A stretch of 44,347 nucleotides of DNA from a virus. Lineage: Duplodnaviria > Heunggongvirae > Uroviricota > Caudoviricetes. Below the pieces are notes generated by a model that did not search any database, was not told where the DNA came from, and saw only the letters and a list, made by a program, of their open reading frames with translations. Location: IMG/VR virus record IMGVR_UViG_2627853983_000003; one strand, written 5' to 3'. This document shows, piece after piece, positions 8,415-16,618 of the stretch; the stretch's first letter is position 1; every line of letters begins with the position of its first letter. The translations under genes were made by a program, and so were the position numbers.

Positions 8415-8476
8415 GTAACCAATGTTACTACCAAGTGATGTTGCTATGGTTGACATTGTTATGTAACTATTGTTAC
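8415..8476. promoter_or_regulatory. Right-operator region: two GTAAC-N4-GTTAC palindromes flanking a TTGACA -35 hexamer
   Basis: Seen: GTAACcaatGTTAC at 8415-8428 and GTAACtattGTTAC at 8463-8476; TTGACA at 8450-8455 with a weak -10 about 18 bp downstream overlapping the second palindrome, pointing toward cro at 8506. Inference: divergent repressor/cro promoters under operator control. Confidence 0.5.
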
Positions 8477-8505
8477 CCTTCTGCTCGAAATAACAGGAGA
8501 GTTTT

Positions 8506-8721
8506 ATGTTCAAAGATGATGTTCTGCGCTATTTCAAAAAAAAGCGACTAGTAGCTGAGGCTCTTGGAATTTCACATGTGGCTGTTGTGCGGTGGAAAGC
8601 AGTTATTCCCAAACTTCGCGCAATGGAACTGGATGAAATTACTAACGGTGAATTGAAATACAACCCAGAACTTTACAAGAAGCAGGATAGCACCTCGAAC
8701 GAAGGAAAGAATGATTCATGA
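8506..8721 (+). CDS. Cro/DicC-like small DNA-binding regulator
   Basis: Seen: 71 aa, divergent from the repressor, AGGAGA Shine-Dalgarno upstream; LRYFKKKRLVAEALGISHVAVVRWK resembles DicC/YdaS-type Cro proteins (from memory). Confidence 0.7.
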   Translation: MFKDDVLRYFKKKRLVAEALGISHVAVVRWKAVIPKLRAMELDEITNGELKYNPELYKKQDSTSNEGKNDS

Positions 8722-9143
8722 AAATCAAGCATGAACACATCCGCATGGCGATGAATGCCTGGGCGCATCCGGACGGCGAAAAAGTGCCGGCTGCGAAAAT
8801 TACCAAAGCGTATTTCGAGCTGGGAATGACGTTCCCGGAACTGTATGACGACAGCCATCCGGAAGCCCTGGCCCGTAATACCCAGAAAATTTTCCGTTGG
8901 CTGGATAAAGACACCCCTGATGCTGTTGAAAAAATGCAGGCTCTGTTACCGGCGATCGAAAAGGCGATGCCGCCTTTGCTGGTGGCCCGTATGCGCAGCC
9001 ACAGTTCTGAATATTACCGTGAGATCGTCGAACGGCGGGATCGGCTGGTGAAGGATGTCGATGATTTTGTTGCGTCAGCGGTTGTTTTGTATGACCAGAT
9101 GAATCGCGGCGGCCCGGCAGGGAATGCTGTGGTGATGCACTAA
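8718..9143 (+). CDS. YdaT-family protein (sits where lambda has cII)
   Basis: Seen: 141 aa beginning MKIKHEHI..., overlapping the cro stop. The N-terminus and length match my recollection of Rac YdaT. Confidence 0.6.
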   Translation: MKIKHEHIRMAMNAWAHPDGEKVPAAKITKAYFELGMTFPELYDDSHPEALARNTQKIFRWLDKDTPDAVEKMQALLPAIEKAMPPLLVARMRSHSSEYYREIVERRDRLVKDVDDFVASAVVLYDQMNRGGPAGNAVVMH

Positions 9144-9165
9144 AAGCACGGTGTTCGGGGGTTTT

Positions 9166-10128
9166 ATGAGCAGCAAGCTTCATGGTCTTGTCTGGGAAGG
9201 GTGCGCCTTCACCGGCATGATCTTATCCAGGGTGGCGGTTATGGCCCGTCTTGCAGACTACAGCAATGACGAGGGCGTGTCATGGCCTGCCATTGAAACT
9301 ATCCGGCGTCAGATCGGTGCAAGAAGTGAATCCACAGTGAAATCGGCTATTGCAGAACTGGCGAAAGAGGGCTGGCTGACGAAGGAAGAGCGTAAGGTCG
9401 GTGGGCGTAATGTAAGCAATATCTATCGGCTTAATGTGGAAAAACTCGAAGCAGCTGCGGCGGCGGCGCGTGAGTCATATAAACCGAAAAGAAAAATTAG
9501 CCCGGCAAAAAATGACCCGTTAACAGTTGACCCGTCAAATATTGACCCCTCAACGGTTGACCCGTCAAATTTTGATGGATCAACTGTTGATAAAAAACTG
9601 CCGATTAGGGGGCCGATGATTGACCCCGATCCGTCAGTATTAAAACCTGATCCGTCAGATAAAAGATCTTCTTGTCCGGACGCTTCGCAACCGGACCCGC
9701 AGACGGCTGAACAGGATTTTTTAACCCGACACCCTGACGCGGTTGTGTTCAGTGCGAAAAAACGCCAGTGGGGAAGTCAGGAAGATTTGGTGTGCGCACA
9801 GTGGATCTGGGGACGAATCGTGAGTCTTTACGAGCAGGCGGCCAGCTATGATGGCGAGATCACTAGACCGAAAGAACCCAACTGGACAGCATGGGCCAAT
9901 GACGTTCGCACAATGCGGATGCTGGATGGCAGAACTCACAGACAAATTTGTGAAATGTTTGGGCGTCTCCAGCGGGATTCGTTCTGGGTAAAAAACATCA
10001 TGAGTCCGGCAAAACTCCGGGAAAAATGGGATGAACTGGTTATCCGCCTGGGGCGTTCGCCTGCGCAGCGTTGCGTGAATCACATTTCTGAACCGGACAC
10101 TGAAATACCGCCGGGATTCAGGGGGTGA
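9166..10128 (+). CDS. Replication initiator (lambda O-like; N-terminal winged-helix domain, iterons inside the gene)
   Basis: Seen: N-terminal HTH-type replication domain (LADYSNDEGVSWPAIETIRRQIGARSESTVKSAIAELAKEGWL) and DNA iterons within the coding sequence. ATG at 9166 has a G-rich Shine-Dalgarno; the ORF track starts at a GTG at 9151. Confidence 0.75.
   Translation: MSSKLHGLVWEGCAFTGMILSRVAVMARLADYSNDEGVSWPAIETIRRQIGARSESTVKSAIAELAKEGWLTKEERKVGGRNVSNIYRLNVEKLEAAAAAARESYKPKRKISPAKNDPLTVDPSNIDPSTVDPSNFDGSTVDKKLPIRGPMIDPDPSVLKPDPSDKRSSCPDASQPDPQTAEQDFLTRHPDAVVFSAKKRQWGSQEDLVCAQWIWGRIVSLYEQAASYDGEITRPKEPNWTAWANDVRTMRMLDGRTHRQICEMFGRLQRDSFWVKNIMSPAKLREKWDELVIRLGRSPAQRCVNHISEPDTEIPPGFRG
9513..9660. 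repeat. Putative replication origin iterons (TTGACCCGTCAAAT-like direct repeats) inside the initiator gene, followed by an A/T-rich stretch
   Basis: Seen: at least four direct repeats (GACCCGTTAACAGTTGACCCGTCAAATATTGACCCCTCAACGGTTGACCCGTCAAATTTTGA...TGACCCCGATCCGTCAG...TGATCCGTCAGAT), encoded as the DPSxxDPS peptide repeats. Established: lambda ori iterons lie inside gene O. Confidence 0.5.
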
Positions 10129-10134
10129 CGTGTC

Positions 10135-10881
10135 ATGAAAAACATTGCGGCAGTTGGGGTTCTTGAACGTATTCGCAGACTTGCACCACAGGGGTCGGTT
10201 CCACCGTACCGGACGGTGGAGGAGTGGCGGGAATGGCAACTTGCTGAAGGACGAAAACGCAGCGAGGAGATTAACCGCCAGAATCGCCAGTTGCGGGTGG
10301 AAAAAATCCTGAATCGTTCGGGCATCCAGCCTCTGCACAGCAAATGCTCGTTTGCAAATTATCAGGTGCAGAACGACGGGCAAAAATACGCGCTGAGCCA
10401 GGCCAAATCCATAGCTGACGAACTGATGACCGGGTGCACGAATTTTGTGTTCAGCGGTAAAACCGGCACCGGGAAAAATCACCTTGCAGCGGCGATGGGC
10501 AACCGGCTGATGGTGAAGGGGCGCAGCGTGATTATCGTCACCGTGTCTGACGTCATGAGCGTGTTGCATGACAGCTACGACAACGGCAAATCCGGGGAAA
10601 AATTTTTACAGGAGCTTTGCGGGGTTGATTTGCTGGTCCTGGATGAAATAGGCGTTCAGCGGGAGACGAAAAACGAGCAGGTGGTATTGCACCAGATAAT
10701 TGATCGCCGGACAGCATCACTGTGCAGTGTCGGGATGTTAACAAACCTGAATCATGCCGCAATGAGTACGCTTCTTGGTGAGAGGATTATGGACCGCATG
10801 ACCATGAACGGTGGTCGATGGGTGACGTTTAACTGGGATAGCTGGCGTCCAAATGTCAGCAATATGAGGGTTGTGAAGTAA
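10135..10881 (+). CDS. DnaC-like helicase loader (AAA+ ATPase)
   Basis: Seen: Walker A FSGKTGTGKNHLAAAMG, Walker B LLVLDEIG, and NRSGIQPLHSKCSFANYQ; near-collinear with my recollection of E. coli DnaC. Confidence 0.85.
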   Translation: MKNIAAVGVLERIRRLAPQGSVPPYRTVEEWREWQLAEGRKRSEEINRQNRQLRVEKILNRSGIQPLHSKCSFANYQVQNDGQKYALSQAKSIADELMTGCTNFVFSGKTGTGKNHLAAAMGNRLMVKGRSVIIVTVSDVMSVLHDSYDNGKSGEKFLQELCGVDLLVLDEIGVQRETKNEQVVLHQIIDRRTASLCSVGMLTNLNHAAMSTLLGERIMDRMTMNGGRWVTFNWDSWRPNVSNMRVVK

Positions 10882-10902
10882 TTTTGTCCGGAGGAAATTT
10901 TA

Positions 10903-11673
10903 ATGGAAACCGTATCTGACGCACTGAAAGCACTGAAAAAAGCCTCTTCACATGTGGTGGCAGCTCGCCTTGGAATCAGTCGTGAAGAGGCTGTCAACGA
11001 GCTGTGGGAACTCAAAAGAAAAGGCGTCGTTGATAAAACTGGTCACACCTGGTTTCTGGCTGGCGAAGGTGAATCCCGGGTAACCGAAGAGCGGCCAGTA
11101 AAATCTGAAGCACAGGATATGCTGACCGGGGAGGTCGAACAAAAAGTTACCGCAGACATGATGATTGAGTTTATCGGTCAGGATGGGGCTAAAACGTGTG
11201 AGGAACTGGCGGGTAAGTTCGGTGTCAGTACTCGCAAGGTTGCTTCCACGCTGGCGGTGGTAACCGCAACGGGGCGGCTGGCACGCGTTAATCAGAACGG
11301 TAAATTTCGTTACTGCATGCCGGGCGATAATTTACCAGCAGAGCCGAAAGCCGCGCTGGTAACGGAAAGTGATGGTAAGGCCTTTCCTCAGCCAGCAGGT
11401 GCTGCGTTACCAGTCCGGGAAGCCGCAACACAGGAAGAAATTAAAACAGAAACTGTGGCGGACATTGTGCAGCCGTTGCCATCGTTTACCGAAACGCAAG
11501 CAGATGAGCTGATTTTTCCGTCCCTTCGCAGGGCAAACCTGGCGCTGCGCAGGGCGAAAAGTGATGTTCAGAAGTGGGAGCGAGTCTGCGCCGCGCTGCG
11601 GGAGCTGAACAAGCACCGGGATATTGTTCGACAGATTACTGATTCTTCCCGCCGTGTTGTATCGGAAAAGTGA
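10903..11673 (+). CDS. Hypothetical protein with two predicted winged-helix-like segments
   Basis: Seen: 256 aa, GGAGG Shine-Dalgarno upstream; two regions resembling wHTH DNA-binding folds; no recognisable catalytic motif. Confidence 0.5.
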   Translation: METVSDALKALKKASSHVVAARLGISREEAVNELWELKRKGVVDKTGHTWFLAGEGESRVTEERPVKSEAQDMLTGEVEQKVTADMMIEFIGQDGAKTCEELAGKFGVSTRKVASTLAVVTATGRLARVNQNGKFRYCMPGDNLPAEPKAALVTESDGKAFPQPAGAALPVREAATQEEIKTETVADIVQPLPSFTETQADELIFPSLRRANLALRRAKSDVQKWERVCAALRELNKHRDIVRQITDSSRRVVSEK

Positions 11674-11688
11674 TTGCCGGAGGCGCTT

Positions 11689-12114
11689 ATGGCAAAAGTA
11701 TTTACACAAGAAGAGCGGGAAAAAATTAAAGGGCAGGTTGTTGAACTTGTACGTCTGAGCGGTCGCGAGACGTTGCGGCAACTGGAAGCCAAGACAGGTG
11801 CGACAAGATATCTGATGAGTGTTCTCGCCAGAGAGCTGGTTGCCAGTGGCGATGTATACAACTCTGGTTACGGGTTATTCCCGTCTGAACAGGCGCGTAA
11901 GGACTGGCAAAATGCTCGCAAAAAACTCTCAAGGGCAAAGGTGAAGAAACCTGCAGTGGTTGATCCGGACCTTATCTGGTCGTTACCAGACGGCGAAATA
12001 CGCCGCTACGACAGGCGCCTGAATATAATCTGTCGCGAGTGCCGGAAGAGCGAAGCTATGCAGCGTGTACTGGCATTTTATCAAGGAAATGTTAGGTATT
12101 TTAGACGTTACTAG
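11689..12114 (+). CDS. Hypothetical protein (141 aa)
   Basis: Seen: ATG at 11689 with GGAGG Shine-Dalgarno; the ORF-track start at 11674 is upstream and in frame. Basic C-terminus with one CxxC; no family recognised. Confidence 0.45.
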   Translation: MAKVFTQEEREKIKGQVVELVRLSGRETLRQLEAKTGATRYLMSVLARELVASGDVYNSGYGLFPSEQARKDWQNARKKLSRAKVKKPAVVDPDLIWSLPDGEIRRYDRRLNIICRECRKSEAMQRVLAFYQGNVRYFRRY

Positions 12115-12267
12115 ATTAAAGAGCATTAGTTCAGATGTGAATTGACATTTTCATGGCGCAGGGTAGAGCCAGCGTGGTTGTCCGCTTTGCGTCAAAACCA
12201 GATATTACCAGATTTAGACATATATTCCCGATAGCCCTGCTCTGATGCTACACTCTGTGCTATTTTC

Positions 12268-12954
12268 ATGACCCCAATAAAAATATTTATGACTATTGCT
12301 GATTTCAAACGGCCTAAATTGGAGCTCCCAAACGGGGCAAACAAACTACTACTGCACTCTTGCTGTGCTCCATGTTCCGGTGAAGTGATGGAGGCGCTTC
12401 AGGCCTCGGGAATCGACTACACCATCTTTTTCTACAACCCGAACATTCATCCTCAGAAAGAGTATTTAATTCGTAAGGATGAAAATATTCGCTTTGCTGA
12501 ACAACACGGCGTGCCGTTTATCGATGCTGATTACGACACCGACAACTGGTTTGAACGTGCCAAAGGAATGGAATGGGAGCCTGAGAGGGGGATCCGTTGT
12601 ACCATGTGTTTTGACATGCGTTTTGAGCGGACAGCGTTGTACGCTGCTGAAAATGGTTTCAGTGTGATCAGCAGTTCACTGGGCATTTCACGCTGGAAAA
12701 ATATGCAGCAGGTTAACGAGTGTGGGCGGCGAGCTGTTGCGCATTATCCGGGTATGGTGTACTGGGATTATAACTGGCGCAAGCAGGGCGGCTCGTCCCG
12801 TATGATTGAAATCAGCAAGCGCGAAAAATTCTATCAGCAGGAATATTGTGGCTGTGTGTATTCTCTGCGCGATACCAATCTACACCGCAAATCTCAGGGA
12901 CGCCCTCTTATCAAAATTGGCCAACTCCACTACGGAAAAGAAGAGAAGGAGTGA
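12268..12954 (+). CDS. queH: QueH-like protein (DUF208 family; putative epoxyqueuosine reductase), moron
   Basis: Seen: N-terminal [11 protein letters not shown] motif that I recall as the hallmark of QueH/DUF208 Fe-S enzymes, plus further conserved Cys (CTMC, CGC). Preceded by a 150-bp ORF-free region with TTGACA-like hexamers, suggesting its own promoter. Assignment is motif-based only. Confidence 0.55.
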   Translation: MTPIKIFMTIADFKRPKLELPNGANKLLLHSCCAPCSGEVMEALQASGIDYTIFFYNPNIHPQKEYLIRKDENIRFAEQHGVPFIDADYDTDNWFERAKGMEWEPERGIRCTMCFDMRFERTALYAAENGFSVISSSLGISRWKNMQQVNECGRRAVAHYPGMVYWDYNWRKQGGSSRMIEISKREKFYQQEYCGCVYSLRDTNLHRKSQGRPLIKIGQLHYGKEEKE

Positions 12955-13079
12955 TTTTATGGATCACCTTTCTGATTGATTTCATATTGGCGAGGTGACG
13001 TGAGTTAAGTAGAATGGCTGCGGGTGCTTGAGGCTATCTGTCTCAGGCATGAACACTGAAAGGCAGATAGAGAAAAGCC

Positions 13080-13150
13080 CCAGTTAACATTTCGCGTCCT
13101 GCAAGACGCTTAACATTAATCTGAGGCCCAATCTATGTCTCACAAATGTA
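13080..13150 (-). ncRNA. Putative Sok-like antisense RNA of the hok/mok locus
   Basis: Inference from locus architecture: hok loci carry a short antisense RNA across the mok translation start. Seen: candidate minus-strand promoter (TTGCCT-17-TAACCT) around 13155-13185 firing across the mok start. Boundaries are approximate. Confidence 0.3.
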
Positions 13151-13191
13151 GGTTAGCCTCTTACGTGCCGAAAGGCAAGGGGAAGCAGGCT

Positions 13192-13347
13192 ATGAAGCAG
13201 CAAAAGGCGATGTTAATCGCCCTGATCGTCATCTGTTTAACCGTCATAGTGACGGCACTGGTAACGAGGAAAGACCTCTGCGAGGTACGACTCCGAACCG
13301 GCCAGACGGAGGTCGCTGTCTTCACAGCTTACGAACCTGAGGAGTAA
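13192..13347 (+). CDS. hok: Hok-family type I toxin (51 aa); the in-frame upstream extension from ATG 13135 is the mok reading frame
   Basis: Seen: MKQQKAMLIALIVICLTVIVTALVTRKDLCEVRLRTGQTEVAVFTAYEPEE, a Hok/Gef-family sequence as I recall it; the 70-codon mok-like ORF (13135-13347) contains it in the same frame. Confidence 0.8.
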   Translation: MKQQKAMLIALIVICLTVIVTALVTRKDLCEVRLRTGQTEVAVFTAYEPEE

Positions 13348-13415
13348 GAGACCCGGCGGGGGAGAAATCCCTCGCCACCTCTGATGTGTCAGGCATCCTC
13401 AACGCACCCGCACTT

Positions 13416-13447
13416 AACCCGGTTCGGCGGGTTTTGTTTTTTTCTGG
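13416..13447 (+). terminator. Intrinsic terminator of the hok mRNA
   Basis: Seen: AACCCGgttcggCGGGTT hairpin followed by TTTGTTTTTTT. Confidence 0.5.
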
Positions 13448-13514
13448 CATTCTGGTTTACAATTCGCACGTCAGCCTGAACACCTGACACCTGCTGCGCC
13501 AGCAGAGAAAACAG

Positions 13515-13787
13515 ATGGCGCACAAAACCAAATTTCACAATTCTGATACCGACCTTGCCATCCGGCATGGGCGGCGTTCACACGCATTTAAAACCGACTG
13601 GTACCAACACCCACCATGTACTGAAGAACAGGCCGAATGGCTAATTCATAACTACCGCAGACGCGGATACGAGATTAAGAAAGCCCTCAGCCTCGATTAT
13701 CGTCACTGGATAATCTCCGTCAGGCTTCCTTACTCTGAACGCCCACCGCGTCCGTCCCGCACATTCCAGCAACGCATCTGGAGGTAA
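13515..13787 (+). CDS. Hypothetical small basic protein (sits where Qin has rem)
   Basis: Seen: 90-aa ORF between hok and the YdfU-like gene with a weak Shine-Dalgarno; no family recognised. Confidence 0.4.
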   Translation: MAHKTKFHNSDTDLAIRHGRRSHAFKTDWYQHPPCTEEQAEWLIHNYRRRGYEIKKALSLDYRHWIISVRLPYSERPPRPSRTFQQRIWR

Positions 13788-13788
13788 C

Positions 13789-14844
13789 GTGCGGGTATTA
13801 CTTCGACCTGTTCTGGTACCGGAACTCGGGCTGGTGATCGTTAAGCCGGGCCGTGAATCCATGCCGGTATTCCACAATACCCGGGTACTGGTGGAGCCGG
13901 AACCGAAAAGCATGCGTAATCTGCCGTCCGGGGTCGTTCCTGCCGTTCGCCAGCCGCTGGCGGAGGATAAATCATTACTGCCATTTTTCAGCGACGAACG
14001 AGTGATTCGTGCTGCTGGTGGCGCTGGCGCATTGTCTGACTGGTTACTGCGCCATGTTAAATCCTGCCAGTGGCCACACGGCGATTATCACCACAGTGAA
14101 ACCGTCATTCACCGTTATGGTACCGGCGCAATGGTGTTGTGCTGGCACTGCGACAACCAGCTGCGCGACCAGACCTCCGAATCACTCGGGCAACTTGCTC
14201 ACCAAAACCTGTTTGCATGGATGATTGACGTCATACGCCATGCAATGAATGGCTCGCAGGAACGGGAATTATCGCTGGCTGAATTATCCTGGTGGGCGGT
14301 CCGCAATCAGGTGGCGGACGCGCTACCGGAAGCGGTATTACGTCGTTCGCTGGGGTTGCGTGCGGAAAAAATCCGCTCAATGTACCGTGAAAGCGACATC
14401 GTACCGGGAGAGCAGACCGCCACCAGCATACTGAAGCAGCGCACAAAAAATCTTGCGCCGCTGCCTCACGCCCACCAGCAAAACCCGCCACAGGAAAAGA
14501 CGGTGGTCAGCATTGCCGTTGATCCGGAGTCACCGGCTCAGTATCTCCAGCGCCAGAAATCACAACGGGAAGAGATGCCTGTATACACGCGTTGGGTAAA
14601 AACGCAGAAATGCATGACGTGTGGCAATCAGGCAGATGATCCGCATCACATCATTGGTCATGGACTGGGAGGGATGGGAACAAAGGCTGATGATTTGTTT
14701 GTTATTCCGCTGTGCCGTAAATGCCATAGCGAACTACACGCCGGGGTAAAAGATTTTGAAGAAAAACACGGCAGCCAGCTGTTGTTGCTGATTCGTTTTT
14801 TAATGCACGCGAGAAATTCGGGTGTTCTGAAGTGGAAAGCATAA
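13789..14844 (+). CDS. YdfU-like protein (DUF968 family) with C-terminal HNH-like Cys/His cluster
   Basis: Seen: 351 aa starting MRVLLRPVLVPELGLV..., matching my recollection of K-12 Qin YdfU; C-terminal CMTCGNQADDPHHIIGHGLGG...CRKCHSELH. GTG start with GGAGG Shine-Dalgarno. Confidence 0.7.
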   Translation: MRVLLRPVLVPELGLVIVKPGRESMPVFHNTRVLVEPEPKSMRNLPSGVVPAVRQPLAEDKSLLPFFSDERVIRAAGGAGALSDWLLRHVKSCQWPHGDYHHSETVIHRYGTGAMVLCWHCDNQLRDQTSESLGQLAHQNLFAWMIDVIRHAMNGSQERELSLAELSWWAVRNQVADALPEAVLRRSLGLRAEKIRSMYRESDIVPGEQTATSILKQRTKNLAPLPHAHQQNPPQEKTVVSIAVDPESPAQYLQRQKSQREEMPVYTRWVKTQKCMTCGNQADDPHHIIGHGLGGMGTKADDLFVIPLCRKCHSELHAGVKDFEEKHGSQLLLLIRFLMHARNSGVLKWKA

Positions 14845-15225
14845 ATGACTGAACGCATAGAATTTGTTTTGCCTTACCCGCCAACGGTGAACACTTACTG
14901 GCGTCGTCGTGGCAGCACATATTTTGTATCAAAAGCCGGGGAGCGTTATCGCCGGGCAGTGGCGCTTATTGTTCGCCAGCAGCGGCTGAAATTAAGCCTG
15001 TCCGGAAGGTTGGCAATAAAAATTATTGCAGAACCACCGGATAAGCGCCGCCGTGATCTGGACAATATTCTGAAAGCGCCGCTGGATGCGCTGACGCATG
15101 CGGGGTTGCTAATGGACGATGAGCAGTTTGATGAAATCAATATCGTTCGTGGTCAGCCAGTATCTGGTGGACGTCTGGGGGTGAAGATTTACCCCATAAT
15201 GCATGAAGAGCAGGTCAAAAAATGA
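14845..15225 (+). CDS. rusA: RusA Holliday-junction resolvase
   Basis: Seen: 126 aa with PDKRRRDLDNILKAPLDALTHAGLLMDDEQF, consistent with the RusA family; directly upstream of Q. Confidence 0.85.
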   Translation: MTERIEFVLPYPPTVNTYWRRRGSTYFVSKAGERYRRAVALIVRQQRLKLSLSGRLAIKIIAEPPDKRRRDLDNILKAPLDALTHAGLLMDDEQFDEINIVRGQPVSGGRLGVKIYPIMHEEQVKK

Positions 15226-16043
15226 AACTGGAAGATTTACCGAAATACTACTCCCCAAAATCCCCCGGCCTGACTGATGCATCGGCCTCAACGTCGAAAG
15301 ATGCGCTGAGTATCACTGATGTGATGGCCGCGCAGGGCATGACACAGAATCGGGCTGAGATGGGGTTTTCTGCGTTCCTGGGGAAAATGGGCATCAGTAT
15401 GAATGACAGGGCGCGGGCAACAGAATTACTGGCAGATTATGCACTCAGTCGGTGCGATCGTGTGGCGGCGTTGAGAAAACTTCCGGCAGAAATAAAACCG
15501 GTAGTGATGCGCATTATGGCTTCGTACGCTTTTGAGGATTATGCCCGCAGCGCAGCGAGTAAAAAGCAGTGCCCCTGTTGCCGAGGGGAAAAATTTATTG
15601 AAGGCGAAGTTTTTACAAACAAGGTTCAGTATCCGGATGGCAAGCCGCCAGTATGGGCAAAGTGTACGAAAGGTGTGTATCCGTCTTACTGGGAAGAATG
15701 GAAAAAAATTCGGGAGGTGGTGAAAGTTTCTTGTCCTGAATGTAAAGGGAAGGGGGAGATTTCCACTGCCTGTAAAGACTGCCGTGGGCGTGGTGTCGCC
15801 ATTCATCGTGAAGAGTCGGTAAAACGTGGTATGCCTGTTATCAGAGACTGCCAGCGTTGTGGTGGTCGTGGCTGTGAAAGACTACCATCAACGGAGGCAT
15901 TTAATGCCATATGCAAAGTGACGAGTGCTATCACGCTTGATACGTGGAAAAAATCAGTGAAACGCTTTTACGATACGTTGGTGGTTCGGTTTGACATTGA
16001 AGAGGCATGGGCGGAGCGGCAGTTAAAGAGGGTAACGCGATAG
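15222..16043 (+). CDS. Late-gene antiterminator Q (zinc-ribbon-rich, QuuQ-like)
   Basis: Seen: 273 aa with several CxxC pairs (CPCCRGEKF, CPECKGKGE, CKDCRGRG, CQRCGGRG); overlaps the rusA stop and is followed by a promoter and terminator arrangement. The N-terminus resembles my recollection of K-12 QuuQ. Confidence 0.75.
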   Translation: MKLEDLPKYYSPKSPGLTDASASTSKDALSITDVMAAQGMTQNRAEMGFSAFLGKMGISMNDRARATELLADYALSRCDRVAALRKLPAEIKPVVMRIMASYAFEDYARSAASKKQCPCCRGEKFIEGEVFTNKVQYPDGKPPVWAKCTKGVYPSYWEEWKKIREVVKVSCPECKGKGEISTACKDCRGRGVAIHREESVKRGMPVIRDCQRCGGRGCERLPSTEAFNAICKVTSAITLDTWKKSVKRFYDTLVVRFDIEEAWAERQLKRVTR

Positions 16044-16124
16044 TGTTGTTGATTTTTCCCGAATCTGTGGTAAATTTGCTCTAACGATGGGCGTTTTATG
16101 CCTGACGTTAGAAGATTTTTTACA

Positions 16125-16148
16125 CCCCGCCGCCTGGCGGGTTTTTTA
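16125..16148 (+). terminator. tR'-like intrinsic terminator downstream of a putative late promoter
   Basis: Seen: CCCGCCgcctGGCGGG hairpin followed by TTTTTT, about 80 bp after the Q stop. A candidate extended -10 (TGgTAAATT) lies at about 16070-16078. Inference: the late promoter/terminator pair on which Q acts. Confidence 0.55.
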
Positions 16149-16269
16149 TGACTGAAATCGCGTCAGTACAGTAAACGCGCTGGTGGCGGTGAATACCTGT
16201 CTTTCAGCTTGCTGGCTTTTTCGACAAGAGTTATTGGTGTGTCACGTTAACCGGAAAAGGGAAAAAGAC

Positions 16270-16467
16270 ATGCTGAAACAGCAGGATATGACAGAAACCG
16301 CCAGAGTGGTGTTTAATGAATTAAGCGTCACCGAACCGGCGACAGCCGGGGAGATTGCGCAGAATACTTACCTTTCACGCGAACGCTGCCAGTTAATACT
16401 GACCCAGCTGGTTATGGCGGGTCTGGCAGACTATCAGTTCGGTTGTTACAGACGCCTTCCGCAGTGA
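16270..16467 (+). CDS. Small HTH-like hypothetical protein (65 aa)
   Basis: Seen: ATG at 16270 with AAGGGA Shine-Dalgarno; MLKQQDMTETARVVFNELSVTEPATAGEIAQNTYLSRERCQLILTQLVMAGLADYQ resembles a winged-helix fold. The ORF-track start at 16183 is upstream and in frame. Confidence 0.4.
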   Translation: MLKQQDMTETARVVFNELSVTEPATAGEIAQNTYLSRERCQLILTQLVMAGLADYQFGCYRRLPQ

Positions 16468-16618
16468 AGGCTTTTTTATTTGTGGTAAATGGGCGGCTGG
16501 TGGGTGTTAGGGGCACCCACCAGCCATCTGCTCATGCGTTGGGGTCACAAGCAAACCTCAGGCCCATCTGCTTTGCGCAAAAGCGGTATGAGCCTATCAG
16601 AGAAGTGCTTATTGATCT

